Positions 16,792-26,456 of a stretch of 64,000 nucleotides of DNA are shown piece after piece. The notes under the pieces are model-generated. The model had not been told where the DNA came from and did not search any database. It saw nothing but the letters and a program-made list of their open reading frames with translations. The translations under genes were made by a program, and so were the position numbers. Position 1 is the stretch's first letter; each line of letters starts with the position of its first letter. The stretch is from an uncultured delta proteobacterium (GTDB taxonomy: Bacteria; Myxococcota_A; Polyangia; Polyangiales; JAFGIB01): assembly GCA_963778655.1 (NCBI GenBank), contig CAVZVA010000003.1, positions 736,001-800,000 on the forward strand. Direction: 5' to 3'.

Positions 16792-18851
16792 ACCCACAAC
16801 CCGTCGCTTCGCTCCGACCCGATCACGATGCCCGATCGCGGCGGTCACGATGCGCCGATCCAGGTGATCACGATGCGCGGTATGCGCAGAAGGGGCGCGC
16901 GAGGACCGGTCGGCAAGCCTCGGCTGCAACGGGGTGAACGGGCCCTCATGCAGTGGACCAAGGCCTCAAAAGGCCTTTCGGATCGCGATGTTGCAGAGCG
17001 CCTTGGCTGGAGGCGAGTGCAGGTGTCGAAGGTACTCTCAGGGCACCGCGGGGTCGACGGACAGGGCCTCGATGCCCTTCGCCAGGCGCTTGTATCACCC
17101 ATAAGCAAGGCGCCGCTGCCGCTTAGTCCGACTGCGCTTGGCGCAGCCTGGCTCCACCACGATTGGCCGTTTCTCGCCGCGCTCTGCTTGCCCCACAGCG
17201 AGCGGCTGACCGATGCGGAGCCACACTTGCACGTCGATGGCTTCGTCCTGGTGGGCCACGCTCCCCGCCTCAGGAGGGCGGAAGATGCCTTCGTGCACCT
17301 GCTGCCGCTGCTGAACCTGGCGGACCCGGCGACCACTCAGCCGGTGGCGTTCCTGGAGCACGGGGGACGGAGGTTCTACGTCCGCAACTCGCTCACTGAC
17401 CGCGTGCCGCGCGAGAAGCGCCGCTACAACCGTTACGCCCGCACGATTGAGGTCGTCACGCCGGCTGGCGGGGACTACCACGTAGTCGCCTGCATTCGGA
17501 TCGGGCGCGCACGGAACCCCTGCTCACGCCACCAGCCAGTTCGTGGCGTCAAGCCTCCCGCTCAGGATCCGGCCAGACGCCAGAGGCACCCGAGGTGCCC
17601 AGACTGCGAGGCGCGCACACGTGCTCAAGATCTGCGCCTGGAGATCAAGGGAGCCGGATGTCAGCTTGGCCTCCTCCACGCGCTGGTGCCAAAGCTCTTC
17701 GGAGACTTTGTGGCGCCGGACTCGATCAAGGTCACGAGCGTTGACCTCGCCCTTGATCTCGCTGTGCCTTATCGGGCCCTCGTACTCTTCGAGCAGGTGC
17801 GTGACCGGGCCAGCGCGCAGCGTAGAGTGTGGACGCACTGGGACTACGATATCGAGACCACGGGCATGTATGCGGGCACTCGCACGTCTCCCGTTCAGAT
17901 CTGCGCGTACGACAAGACCAAGGAGCTGCGCTGCGACCTGCACTCCTTCTATCCCGGTGCCGGCCAGTTCATGGAGTCAACCAGCGGACAGGAAGGCTGG
18001 CCGGCACCCGGCCTTAGCCACAAGCGCCTGCCCGACTCCATGCGCGGACGTCCGTTTGTCGCTCGAGTCGAGTTCCGCTTCAGAGTGAACAAACTGAAGA
18101 TAGATGGGTCGCCGACGGGAATCTTCTCAAGACTGCCAAAGATCTGGAACCGCTTTGCCCTGGCGGATATCCGCGATGCCGACGTCTTGGACTGGCGCGT
18201 CGTGCTTGCGGCATTCGCGCACACTCATGGCGCATCGGGCCTTGCTCCCACGCCAGCACGATTGCGGCGCATCGATATTTTGAGGGCTCGCCGCGACGAA
18301 GCTGGACGAGTGAGCGACCGCGACACCTACGAGAAGTACGACGGCACACCTGACAGCGGAGTGGGATCCGGCAAGGCCAACCAAACATCGGCGAGCGATT
18401 GCATCGCGCTCCGGCTTCGTTGGATGCGGGCACGCAAGCCATTTGTGCTCGCTGCAGCCCTCCATGACGAGATGTTCTGGGTGCTGAAGGAGTTGGCCAG
18501 CCGATCGGGCTTCGATCTCGGGCAGGCGGTCGAGTCGCAGTTGTCTCGCGTGCAGGCTGAACTCGATTCCCTCCTCGAGCTGTGTGCAGCTGCGGCGCGC
18601 CCATCCGCGCGAGGGTCTTGAAGCGCACGGCGAGGGCCGCCAAGCCCCCCGCACCGCCCCCCTTCGAGGTGCTGGCGAGCGCGGTGCCGGCTGCCACCGT
18701 TCAGACCGGTCTGGCTCGACGGATCGCTGCGCGGAGCGCGTCGTCTCGGTAGGGGCGTTGGCCATCGACGCGAGGGCAGCGCAGGCACCGGGGCCCACTA
18801 CCTTCGCGAGACGCAGCAGCACGGCCTCGGGGCAGCAAGGCCGGTCGGGGT

Positions 18852-18875
18852 CATTCTGGCCCCCATTCTGGCCCC
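18852..18875. repeat. Tandem CATTCTGGCCCC x2, putative integrase arm-type sites
   Basis: Same 10-mer CATTCTGGCC at 107-116 near the opposite att. Confidence 0.6.
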
Positions 18876-18940
18876 CAGGCCTCCGTCGCGGTCGCGCCGG
18901 CTGCCCTCCCCCCCGGCCCAACTGCTTGAGATCCCTACGG

Positions 18941-19024
18941 TGCGAAAGAGAGGACTCGAACCTCCACGCCCTTGCGGGCACAGGAACCTGAATCCTGCGC
19001 GTCTGCCAGTTCCGCCACTTTCGC
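18941..19024 (-). tRNA. tRNA-Leu(CAG)
   Basis: GCGAAAG/CTTTCGC acceptor stem, TGGCGGAACTGGCAGACGC D-arm, CAGGA-TTCAGGT-TCCTG anticodon arm, long variable arm, GGTTCGAGTCC T-arm; CCA not fully encoded. Confidence 0.97.
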
Positions 19025-19040
19025 GTGAATCGGGGACGTT

Positions 19041-19069
19041 TGGTTAGACGACGCGGACTGCGGTGTCAA
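19041..19069 (-). promoter_or_regulatory. Sigma70-type promoter of tRNA-Leu
   Basis: TTGACA-17 bp-TAACCA on minus strand, 16 bp upstream of the tRNA. Confidence 0.65.
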
Positions 19070-19339
19070 GGCGCGCGTGCAGGGCGGGCTGCGGGTCGGG
19101 CGCCGCAGCCCGCAGGTGGCCGGCCCGGCAGGGCGCTGCCGCGAGCGGCGCGCCGCGTGCTGCCCGCGAGCCGGGAGGCCGGGGTGGGGACGGCGGCCGG
19201 ATGCCGATGTTTCGGCTCCAGGACCTACATTGCCGACTGAAAAAAGGTGCGACGCGGCTGCAGGGAATGCGGGGGGGCGGCCGCCGATGCGATATCGTTT
19301 CTTGATGAATTTCATGCAGATGGCTCTCGGTCGCACGAC

Positions 19340-19355
19340 CGGTATGCGGGTTGCA
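19340..19355 (+). promoter_or_regulatory. Putative sigma54 (-24/-12) promoter of the minor pilin operon
   Basis: CGGTATGCGGGTTGCA: GG-N10-GC spacing with TTGCA; AT-rich tract upstream. Confidence 0.5.
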
Positions 19356-19385
19356 TCGAAGCCCCTGCGAGAACCCATTCAACGC

Positions 19386-20021
19386 ATGCGCCGCCCCTCC
19401 CCCCAGCAAGCCCGAGCGGGCTTCAGCCTGATGGAGCTGATGATCGCGCTGGCCGTCATCGGCGTGATGTCGGCCGCCATCGCGCCTTCGCTGTCCGAGG
19501 TGCTCGCGGACAACCGCCAGATCGCCGCCACCCACGACGTCCTGCGCATCGCCAGGCGCGCCCGCAGCCTGGCGATTTCGTCGGGCGTCGCCCACCTGCT
19601 CCGCTTCCAGCAGGACAGCAGCAACGGTCTCGGGTTCCTCGAGCTGTTCGCCGGGATGAACGGCAAGTGCACCCAGACCCCGTGGGCGCAGACTTTCACG
19701 CCGAGCTCTGGGTCCAATCAGGGGCGGATCGAAGCGCTGAATTTCGCGCAATACAACCCGACCGGCCTCTCGGCGCCGAGCGCCAGCGACAGCGGGCGGC
19801 AGGTGATCCGCCTGCGGGCCGCGAGCGGCGGCAGTGCGAAGAGCGTGGTCATGATCTGCTATCAACCGAACGGCGAGATCTTCTCGGCCGCCGACAGCCC
19901 GCAGCTGACGCTGCAGCCGGCTGCCATCCTTTTCACCATCTCGCGCGCCATCGACGGCATCCAGCACGGCCAGAACCGCGTCGTCCTGTTCGGGCCTGGC
20001 TCGAGCGCGAGGCTGCAGTGA
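19386..20021 (+). CDS. fimU: Type IV minor pilin FimU/PilH-like
   Basis: Prepilin site AG|FSLMELMIALAVIG; first gene of cluster. Confidence 0.8.
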   Translation: MRRPSPQQARAGFSLMELMIALAVIGVMSAAIAPSLSEVLADNRQIAATHDVLRIARRARSLAISSGVAHLLRFQQDSSNGLGFLELFAGMNGKCTQTPWAQTFTPSSGSNQGRIEALNFAQYNPTGLSAPSASDSGRQVIRLRAASGGSAKSVVMICYQPNGEIFSAADSPQLTLQPAAILFTISRAIDGIQHGQNRVVLFGPGSSARLQ

Positions 20022-20638
20022 TGCGACGAACGCGCATGGCCCGCGAGCGCCGCCAGGGCTTCACCTTGATCGAAGTGATGATCTCGCTCGGGATCATGAC
20101 GATCGGCGCGATGGCGATGCTCGCGCTGCAGCAGCAGACCATCCGAGCCAATTCGCAGGCGCGCCAGATCACCACCGCGACGCAGATCGCCCAGCTCTGG
20201 ATCGAGCGCCTCAAGGAAGACGGCACCCGCTGGACGCAGGTCGGCTTCTTCAACACGCCCGGCCAGCCGACCGCCGCCGATGTGCTCGCCCTCACCACCT
20301 ACCTCGGCGCGATCACCACCGCGCCCAACGTGTTCCAGGCCATCCCCAATGCGACCCCCCAGGTCTCCAACGCGTTCGACTTCCAGGGCAACGACATCGC
20401 GAACAATTCCGGCAGCGTCTACTACTGCGCATCGTTCCGGCCGGCGTGGGTCTACTTCGGCCGGGCGATGCGGGTGGACGTGCGCGTGTGGTGGGCCCGC
20501 TCGGGCAGCTCGCTCACCGGCGACTTCGCGGCCTGCGCGGACGACAACGCGCGGCTCAATCCGGGCGGCACGCTCTTCAACAACTACCACGTGGTCTACC
20601 TGCCCACGGTGATCCGCGTGAACACGGCGCCGCGATGA
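20021..20638 (+). CDS. pilV: Type IV minor pilin PilV-like
   Basis: QG|FTLIEVMISLG; TGATG coupling. Confidence 0.82.
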   Translation: MRRTRMARERRQGFTLIEVMISLGIMTIGAMAMLALQQQTIRANSQARQITTATQIAQLWIERLKEDGTRWTQVGFFNTPGQPTAADVLALTTYLGAITTAPNVFQAIPNATPQVSNAFDFQGNDIANNSGSVYYCASFRPAWVYFGRAMRVDVRVWWARSGSSLTGDFAACADDNARLNPGGTLFNNYHVVYLPTVIRVNTAPR

Positions 20639-21861
20639 CGAGCAGAGCTGACATCCCGGCGCACGACGCGCGCGCCCGCTGCCGCACACGCCGCGGCGCC
20701 TTCACCCTGCTCGAGCTGATGGTCTCTCTGACCATCGGCGGGCTTGCGATCAGCTCGATCTATGCCATCGGAGCCGTGACCTCGCGCCAGTTCCACCAGC
20801 AGCAGGGAATTGCCAACGCGCAGACCTCGTTGCGCCTGGCGCTCGACCAACTCAAGCGCGACATCTCGCGTGCCGGCTATCTGGGCACACCATGGGCGAA
20901 CGCGCCGGGGCAGTCGTGCGGGACCGTCAACGCGCCGCTGGACGATCCAGCCAACAGCGGCCGGCTCGGTGCCTTCTCGCACTTCAGCGACAACGTCATC
21001 ATCAACGCCGCCAACAGCGGCGTGGACCCGACGAACAAGAACGCGGCCAACGGGTTCACGGCCGACGACTTGGTGATGTTCGGGAACTACTCGACCTCCT
21101 CGGAGTATCCGGGCGTGAGCCGCGGCGCTAACAGCAACCAGATCTTCATCTCCCAGAGCTGGCAGAGCTTTCAGCACGACTTCACCGATTGGTACAACAG
21201 CCCGTCGGTCGGTTTCGATCCGGCGGCGTTTCAGAGCGCGTTCCTCCTCCAAAGGGTGATCCGCATCACCGCCACCAATGGGTTGCGCCACTTCGCGCAA
21301 GTCACCGCTGTGCAAGCGCCGGTCGCCGGCGAGACCAAACCGGTGGGCATCACCTTCAGCCCGGCCGTGCCCGGGGGCTGTTGGGACAAGATCGACGGCG
21401 CGCGGGTCTCGCCCATGAACGCGATCCGCTACACCGTGCTCAATGCGGCCGGCGGTGGCGATCCGGTCGCCCAGCTCGTGCGCATGGAGGTGGACCCGAC
21501 TGACAAGACCAATGTCCTGGCCGGCACCACGCCACGCTCGCTGCTGGACTTCGTCGTGGAATTCAATCTCAGTTTCGTGCTCAACGGCGTGACCGCGGTC
21601 AACCAACCGGACAACTACGCTCCCGGGGTTCCGACCCCGCTGGGTGCGGCCACCGTCAATGTCAACACCGAGCTGATCCGCGCCGTGGTCATCGACCTCG
21701 CAGTTCGCACGCCCCAACAGGATCCGCGCCTGCCCTGGACGCAAGCTGGCTGCGCGAATCTGCGTTGCTTTCAGGTCTCGGATGTCGCGCCGGGCGCGGC
21801 GCGCGTGCGGCGGGCGCGCGCCGAGGTGTTCGTGCCCAACGTCGCGTTCGAGGGATATTGA
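20635..21861 (+). CDS. pilW: Type IV minor pilin PilW-like
   Basis: GA|FTLLELMVSL; LKRDISRAGY motif. Confidence 0.82.
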   Translation: MTSRADIPAHDARARCRTRRGAFTLLELMVSLTIGGLAISSIYAIGAVTSRQFHQQQGIANAQTSLRLALDQLKRDISRAGYLGTPWANAPGQSCGTVNAPLDDPANSGRLGAFSHFSDNVIINAANSGVDPTNKNAANGFTADDLVMFGNYSTSSEYPGVSRGANSNQIFISQSWQSFQHDFTDWYNSPSVGFDPAAFQSAFLLQRVIRITATNGLRHFAQVTAVQAPVAGETKPVGITFSPAVPGGCWDKIDGARVSPMNAIRYTVLNAAGGGDPVAQLVRMEVDPTDKTNVLAGTTPRSLLDFVVEFNLSFVLNGVTAVNQPDNYAPGVPTPLGAATVNVNTELIRAVVIDLAVRTPQQDPRLPWTQAGCANLRCFQVSDVAPGAARVRRARAEVFVPNVAFEGY

Positions 21862-22664
21862 TGGACACAGTGACCGACGACGCTCGAGCAGACCAGCAGC
21901 GTGCCGCGCGCGAGAACGACCGCCGCGAAGGCGCGGTGATGCTGGTGGTGATGCTGATCCTGATGGTGGCGACCGCCAGCGCCGCAGTCGCTGTGCATAC
22001 GACTCAGAGCGAGCTGCACGCGGCGGGCCAGGACCGCATGGCGCTGCAGGCGCGCTACGTCTCGGAGGCCGCGATCGTGACCACCACCGCCTGGGTCGAT
22101 CGGGCCGGCTTCTCCGGGGATCTGCTCAAGATCTGGCTGCGCTGGCAGAACGCTGCGCCACCCGACTTGACGGTGTTCGGCGAGGCACCTCTGCTGGCCA
22201 GCGATCGCCACTACGCGGCGCGAACGCACGAGGCGGAGCAGATCGAGCTGTTGACCGCCAACGAGGTCGCTCCGCTGTCGCTGCCGAGCGCCAACGCAGG
22301 AATCGGAACGCCGGTCGACCCCGCGGGGCTGGGCTCGTTCGGTCCGCGCCAGGCCTATGTGCTGCCGCAGGACGCCACCAGCGGCCAGTTCATCGGCTAC
22401 GTCGTCGACCTGACCGATTGCATACCCGCCCCGACCGCGAGCACGCCGGGCAACCAGCTCAACAGCACCAGCGGCGGGCTGGTGCCGGTGCAGTTCTACT
22501 GCGTGCTCACGGCGCACGGGCGCCTAGCGCTGCCGGGCGCCCCCAGCACCCGAAAATGGACGTTCGGGGCCGCGGTCTACAACCAGGACGAGTTTGCGAG
22601 CGCCCACGACTCACGCGCCACCCTGCTCACACCGACCATGATGATGCCGAACCCCAATCACTGA
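21861..22664 (+). CDS. pilX: Type IV minor pilin PilX-like
   Basis: REG|AVMLVVMLIL (no Glu5); QARYVSEAAI; position before pilY1. Confidence 0.78.
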   Translation: MDTVTDDARADQQRAARENDRREGAVMLVVMLILMVATASAAVAVHTTQSELHAAGQDRMALQARYVSEAAIVTTTAWVDRAGFSGDLLKIWLRWQNAAPPDLTVFGEAPLLASDRHYAARTHEAEQIELLTANEVAPLSLPSANAGIGTPVDPAGLGSFGPRQAYVLPQDATSGQFIGYVVDLTDCIPAPTASTPGNQLNSTSGGLVPVQFYCVLTAHGRLALPGAPSTRKWTFGAAVYNQDEFASAHDSRATLLTPTMMMPNPNH

Positions 22665-22799
22665 TGTAGACCCACCGATGCAGCTTTCTCCGTCCCACCT
22701 GCGATCATCTTCCAGCGGCCTTCCGCGGCACCCGAGGCGACGACGCGCGTGCCCGCAGTCGAAGGCCACGCATCCGTCCGCCAGCAAACGAGAGGTGTC

Positions 22800-25700
22800 A
22801 TGAAACGCATCGGCTGTATCGCGGTGTGCTTGTTGGCCGGGGCCGGCGCGCTTTCGCCTGGCTCGGCGGCCGCGCAAAACGACCCGGACCTGCGCGAGAT
22901 CATCCCCTACCTGATGCTGGTGATCGACACCTCCGGCTCGATGGAACGCTTGACGTCGTGCACCTGCACCACGCCCGGCTGCACCGAATGCCTGCCCGAT
23001 TGTAGCTTGAGCAACGACGCCGGCGGCAATCCGCCGGTGGATGCAAACGGGCACGATCTCAAGAAGAACCGCTGGGCGACCACACTCGAAGCGCTCACGG
23101 GCACGTTCAAGGATTTCCAGTGCGAAGAGATCGCGCGCACCGCGGCCAACGGCATGACCTATGACGTGGGCTACTACCTCCCCTACCACCAGCCGTGGGA
23201 TTGCACCGGCCAGCTTCCAGGCACGCCCTGTGCGTACAACGCCACGGGCGTGTCCACCCTGGACCAGAATCACAACGGCATCCTCGACCAGTACGCCTCG
23301 CAGGTGCAGTTCGGTCTGATGACCTTCGACGGCTTCGACACCTATGTGGGCGCCTCCCCGCTGGTGCCGGTCTCGTCCTTCGACGACGCGCTCAGCAAGG
23401 ACGTGCAGGGGCTGTGGTCGTACGGCCCGATCGATCCCGCCAGCGGCAAGCAGGGGGTGACCTTTCACTATCCGAACTGCACCACCGACTACATGATCGA
23501 CACCGGCGCCCGCAGCCCGGCCGCCACCGAGGGCGGCCTGGTCTCGCTCAATTCCTGCTCCGGGCCCCCAAACAGCCCGGGCTGTCAGCCCTGGTGCTCG
23601 CAGTGCCCCGGCAGCCAGGCCAGCGTCAACCAGGACATCCAGACCGCCCTGCTCAAGGCTCGGCCCTACGGCGGCACGCCGATCGCGGCCTCGCTCGACG
23701 ATCTCTACTACCACCTCAAGCACGACCTGACCGATACCTTCGGCAGCTGTCGCAATCGCTTTGCGTTGCTGATGACCGACGGGTATCCGGATCTCGACTA
23801 CCGGGACTTCGGCTGCGATTGCCAGCAGACCCAGGATCCCTTGCAGCCGCACTACTGCGGCGACGATCCTAACGCCAGCATTCCCGGGGCGTTCCACTGC
23901 CCCTACCCCACGCCGGAAGACGTCGCCTCGGATCTGATCCTCGGCCGTGACGGCGACCCGGCGATGATCCAGCAGCTGTTCGTGGTCGGCCTTGCGGTCG
24001 ACGACGCCAACGTGCTCACCAAGCTCGACGCCATCGCCCACGCGGGCTGCCCCAACGCCACGGGGTGCGATACCGATGGCGACGGTCACGAAGCGCTGTT
24101 CGCCAATGACCTGAACAAGCTGGTGCAGAACCTGAGCGCTGTGATCAACTCGCTGATTCAGCCCGTCTCCCGCTCGGTGCCCGCGTTTGCGAGCGGGGGC
24201 GACGCGGCCACCAGCTCGCAAGTGCAGTACCAGATCAACACTGGATTCGACGTCGCGACCGATCCGGGCTTGCCGTGGACCGGCCGCATCGAACGGCGGC
24301 GCTTCACCTGCAGCAACGGAGCGCTGAGTGCCGGCAACATCGATCCGTTCGCTGGCGACCTGTTTCAGGACGTGATGAACAGCGGCTCCGAGCCCCAGCT
24401 CAACACCATCCTGCCGCCTTCGGGCTTCAACCTCGATGGTCCGCTGGATAAGGGCACGAGCACGGCTGCTTGCGGGGTCACCGGCTGCTCGCTCATCCGC
24501 CTCGAAGATGTGACGACGTACCCGAGCTTCGGGCTCACTGCCGGCGACGGGACCGGCTTCAACCAGCTGATGGACTGGATGTACGGCCGGAACGGGTCAG
24601 TCCGCGTCGGGCGGCGACTCGGAGACATATACCACTCGCAGCCGGCGATCGTCGGCGCGCCCCTGGTCGACAGCTCGGATGAGGCCTTCAATCTCTTCCG
24701 CCAGCGCGTCGAAGTGGCGACGCGACCCCTGATGCTCTACGTCGGGAGCAACGATGGCATCCTGCACGCGTTCTCGGTCGAGGACTACACGCCCCAGGGC
24801 GCCGCTGCCACGATCTACAGCCACTATGACGCCGGCCAGCAGGTGTGGGGCTTCGTGCCGCCGCTGCTGCTCAACGACATCAAGAACAACGAGAACGCGC
24901 ACCAGTTCACCCTGGACGGCTCGCCGGTGGTGAAGAACGTCTACTTCAGCAAGGCGCCGGGCGCGGACGCAACGGGTCAGGAGTACCACACCGTGTTGAT
25001 CACCGGCATGCGCGAGGGAGGCAACGCCTACATCGCGCTCGACGTGACCAATCCTGCCGCGCCGAAGTTTCTGTGGCAGTTCACCGACCCGCATATGGGC
25101 AAGACCTTCGGACAGGCCGCGATCGGTCAGGCCACGTTCATGGACAACAGCAGCGGCACGAACGCGGTCAAAAACGGCGCGGTCGCCATCCTGCCCGGCG
25201 GCGTGGGCGCGGTCGGAAACTCGGGCGTGGCGGGGGATTGCACCGACAACGGCGTCGCGACCTCGGTGCCGACCGATCCCACCGACGCGAACCAGGCCTA
25301 CCACAGCTTCTCCGAGATACCGGACGCGGCTGGCAACGCTCCCCATATACCGGTAAGGGCCGAGGTCCGGTGCTGGCAGGACATCGGCCGCGCGCTCTAC
25401 TTCGTGGACGTGGAGAACGGCCGCTTGCTCAAGAAGATCCACAAGGACGCAAGCGGAAAGCTGGTGTTTTCCTCACCGCTGGTGAGCACGCCGGCGCTGT
25501 TTTCGGGCGACATCGGCGCGGTGGCGTCGCGCGCGTTCATCACGGACGCCGACGGCGTCATCTGGCGCGTCGACCTCAGCTCGGCCGACCAGAAGAACAC
25601 CATCATCAACGCGGGCGACCAGAGCGGCGACCCCACGATCGGCTGGGTCGCGCGACCGTTCCACGACATCTTCTGGGACAAGGGCCCGGGCGACGGCGAG

Positions 25701-26456
25701 CTGAGCTACGAAGCCCCCCTGCTGTCGGTCGACGACCAGGGACAGCTGGTGGTGATCGTGGGCACCGGCGACAACAACAACTTCGTCAAGCCCACCGTTG
25801 AGAACCGCGTGGTGTCGCTGCGCGAGGTGATCGACTCGAGCGTCGGTGTAACTCCCGACACCCCGCAGAGCTACAAGGCGGCGCTCAACTGGGAATATCG
25901 GGTCAAACCCACGGGGGGCTTGGTCCCGAGCGAGCTCGTCACCGGAAGCATGGGCTTGCTCGACGGGCAGCTCTTCTTCGGCACATTCATCGCGGTCAGC
26001 GGCGGCGACGCCTGCGACCTCGGCAAGGGCCGCATTCACGCCGTGGATTATCTGGCTCGCGATCTCAACGACTCCAACCAAACCACCCCCCTGACCTATG
26101 GGCCGCGCCTGCTCACGGCGACCGAGCTCGGGCTGGATAGCGCGGGCCAATCGGTGATCAACGTCGACGCCTCGGCCGCGCTCGACAACTTCATGGTGAT
26201 GGGCCTCGGCGTCACGGAGCGACCGACCTGCAGCGTCTTCGACACCAACGACTTCAGCGTGTTTGGCCAGGGCGTACCGGGCATGAGCACGCTGAACCCG
26301 CCCGCGATCTACCTCGTGGCGCAGGCCAGCGGCGACAAGGGCGCGACCAGCCTGATCCAGAAGCACGGCGGCTCCGCGCTCGGCAGCATCGAGCTTCAGT
26401 TGCAGAAGAAGGCGACCTCCAGCCGGGTATTGTCATGGGCGACCACCATCGATTGA
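22800..26456 (+). CDS. pilY1: PilY1/PilC tip adhesin (vWA-like N-terminus + beta-propeller)
   Basis: Signal peptide; IDTSGSM and MTDGYP vWA motifs; LGDIYHSQP, YVGSNDGILHAF, ALDVT.P..PKFLWQF. Confidence 0.92.
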   Translation: MKRIGCIAVCLLAGAGALSPGSAAAQNDPDLREIIPYLMLVIDTSGSMERLTSCTCTTPGCTECLPDCSLSNDAGGNPPVDANGHDLKKNRWATTLEALTGTFKDFQCEEIARTAANGMTYDVGYYLPYHQPWDCTGQLPGTPCAYNATGVSTLDQNHNGILDQYASQVQFGLMTFDGFDTYVGASPLVPVSSFDDALSKDVQGLWSYGPIDPASGKQGVTFHYPNCTTDYMIDTGARSPAATEGGLVSLNSCSGPPNSPGCQPWCSQCPGSQASVNQDIQTALLKARPYGGTPIAASLDDLYYHLKHDLTDTFGSCRNRFALLMTDGYPDLDYRDFGCDCQQTQDPLQPHYCGDDPNASIPGAFHCPYPTPEDVASDLILGRDGDPAMIQQLFVVGLAVDDANVLTKLDAIAHAGCPNATGCDTDGDGHEALFANDLNKLVQNLSAVINSLIQPVSRSVPAFASGGDAATSSQVQYQINTGFDVATDPGLPWTGRIERRRFTCSNGALSAGNIDPFAGDLFQDVMNSGSEPQLNTILPPSGFNLDGPLDKGTSTAACGVTGCSLIRLEDVTTYPSFGLTAGDGTGFNQLMDWMYGRNGSVRVGRRLGDIYHSQPAIVGAPLVDSSDEAFNLFRQRVEVATRPLMLYVGSNDGILHAFSVEDYTPQGAAATIYSHYDAGQQVWGFVPPLLLNDIKNNENAHQFTLDGSPVVKNVYFSKAPGADATGQEYHTVLITGMREGGNAYIALDVTNPAAPKFLWQFTDPHMGKTFGQAAIGQATFMDNSSGTNAVKNGAVAILPGGVGAVGNSGVAGDCTDNGVATSVPTDPTDANQAYHSFSEIPDAAGNAPHIPVRAEVRCWQDIGRALYFVDVENGRLLKKIHKDASGKLVFSSPLVSTPALFSGDIGAVASRAFITDADGVIWRVDLSSADQKNTIINAGDQSGDPTIGWVARPFHDIFWDKGPGDGELSYEAPLLSVDDQGQLVVIVGTGDNNNFVKPTVENRVVSLREVIDSSVGVTPDTPQSYKAALNWEYRVKPTGGLVPSELVTGSMGLLDGQLFFGTFIAVSGGDACDLGKGRIHAVDYLARDLNDSNQTTPLTYGPRLLTATELGLDSAGQSVINVDASAALDNFMVMGLGVTERPTCSVFDTNDFSVFGQGVPGMSTLNPPAIYLVAQASGDKGATSLIQKHGGSALGSIELQLQKKATSSRVLSWATTID

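Larger units (their letters stand above)
14238..16888 (+). mobile_element. IS21-family insertion sequence (2651 bp)
   Basis: TG...CA ends with imperfect IRs (TGCGCGCACCGCGCGATCGTGATC / TGCGCATACCGCGCATCGTGATC); 7-bp TSD GAAGGGG at 14231-14237 and 16889-16895; istA-istB. Confidence 0.96.
14179..18621 (+). pseudogene. XRE-HTH + Rep_trans-like rolling-circle initiator/relaxase, interrupted at codon 20 by IS21 (3' part 16896-18621 intact)
   Basis: ATG 14179 overlaps int stop (ATGA); removing IS plus one TSD restores MSTRRKPG...PRGRG-ARGPVGKPRLQ in frame; motifs LEIKGAGC, TSVDLALD, GMYAGTRTS..ICAYDK, ARVEFRF. Confidence 0.78.
1..18992. mobile_element. Integrative element (genomic island) inserted in tRNA-Leu(CAG); left att truncated by window edge
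   Basis: 25-bp exact direct repeat GCCCTTGCGGGCACAGGAACCTGAA at 1-25 and 18968-18992 (3' half of tRNA, ending in anticodon loop); encloses tyrosine integrase, xis-like HTH, Rep_trans-like gene, serine recombinase, IS21 and defence-type cargo; housekeeping genes lie beyond the tRNA. Confidence 0.92.

Noticed and set aside
18618..18752. Small TTG-start ORF coupled to the rep stop
   Set aside because: About 44 aa with no motif; the region could equally be an origin
1..18992. Complete prophage or ICE
   Set aside because: No recognisable capsid, terminase, tail, lysis or type IV secretion genes between the att sites
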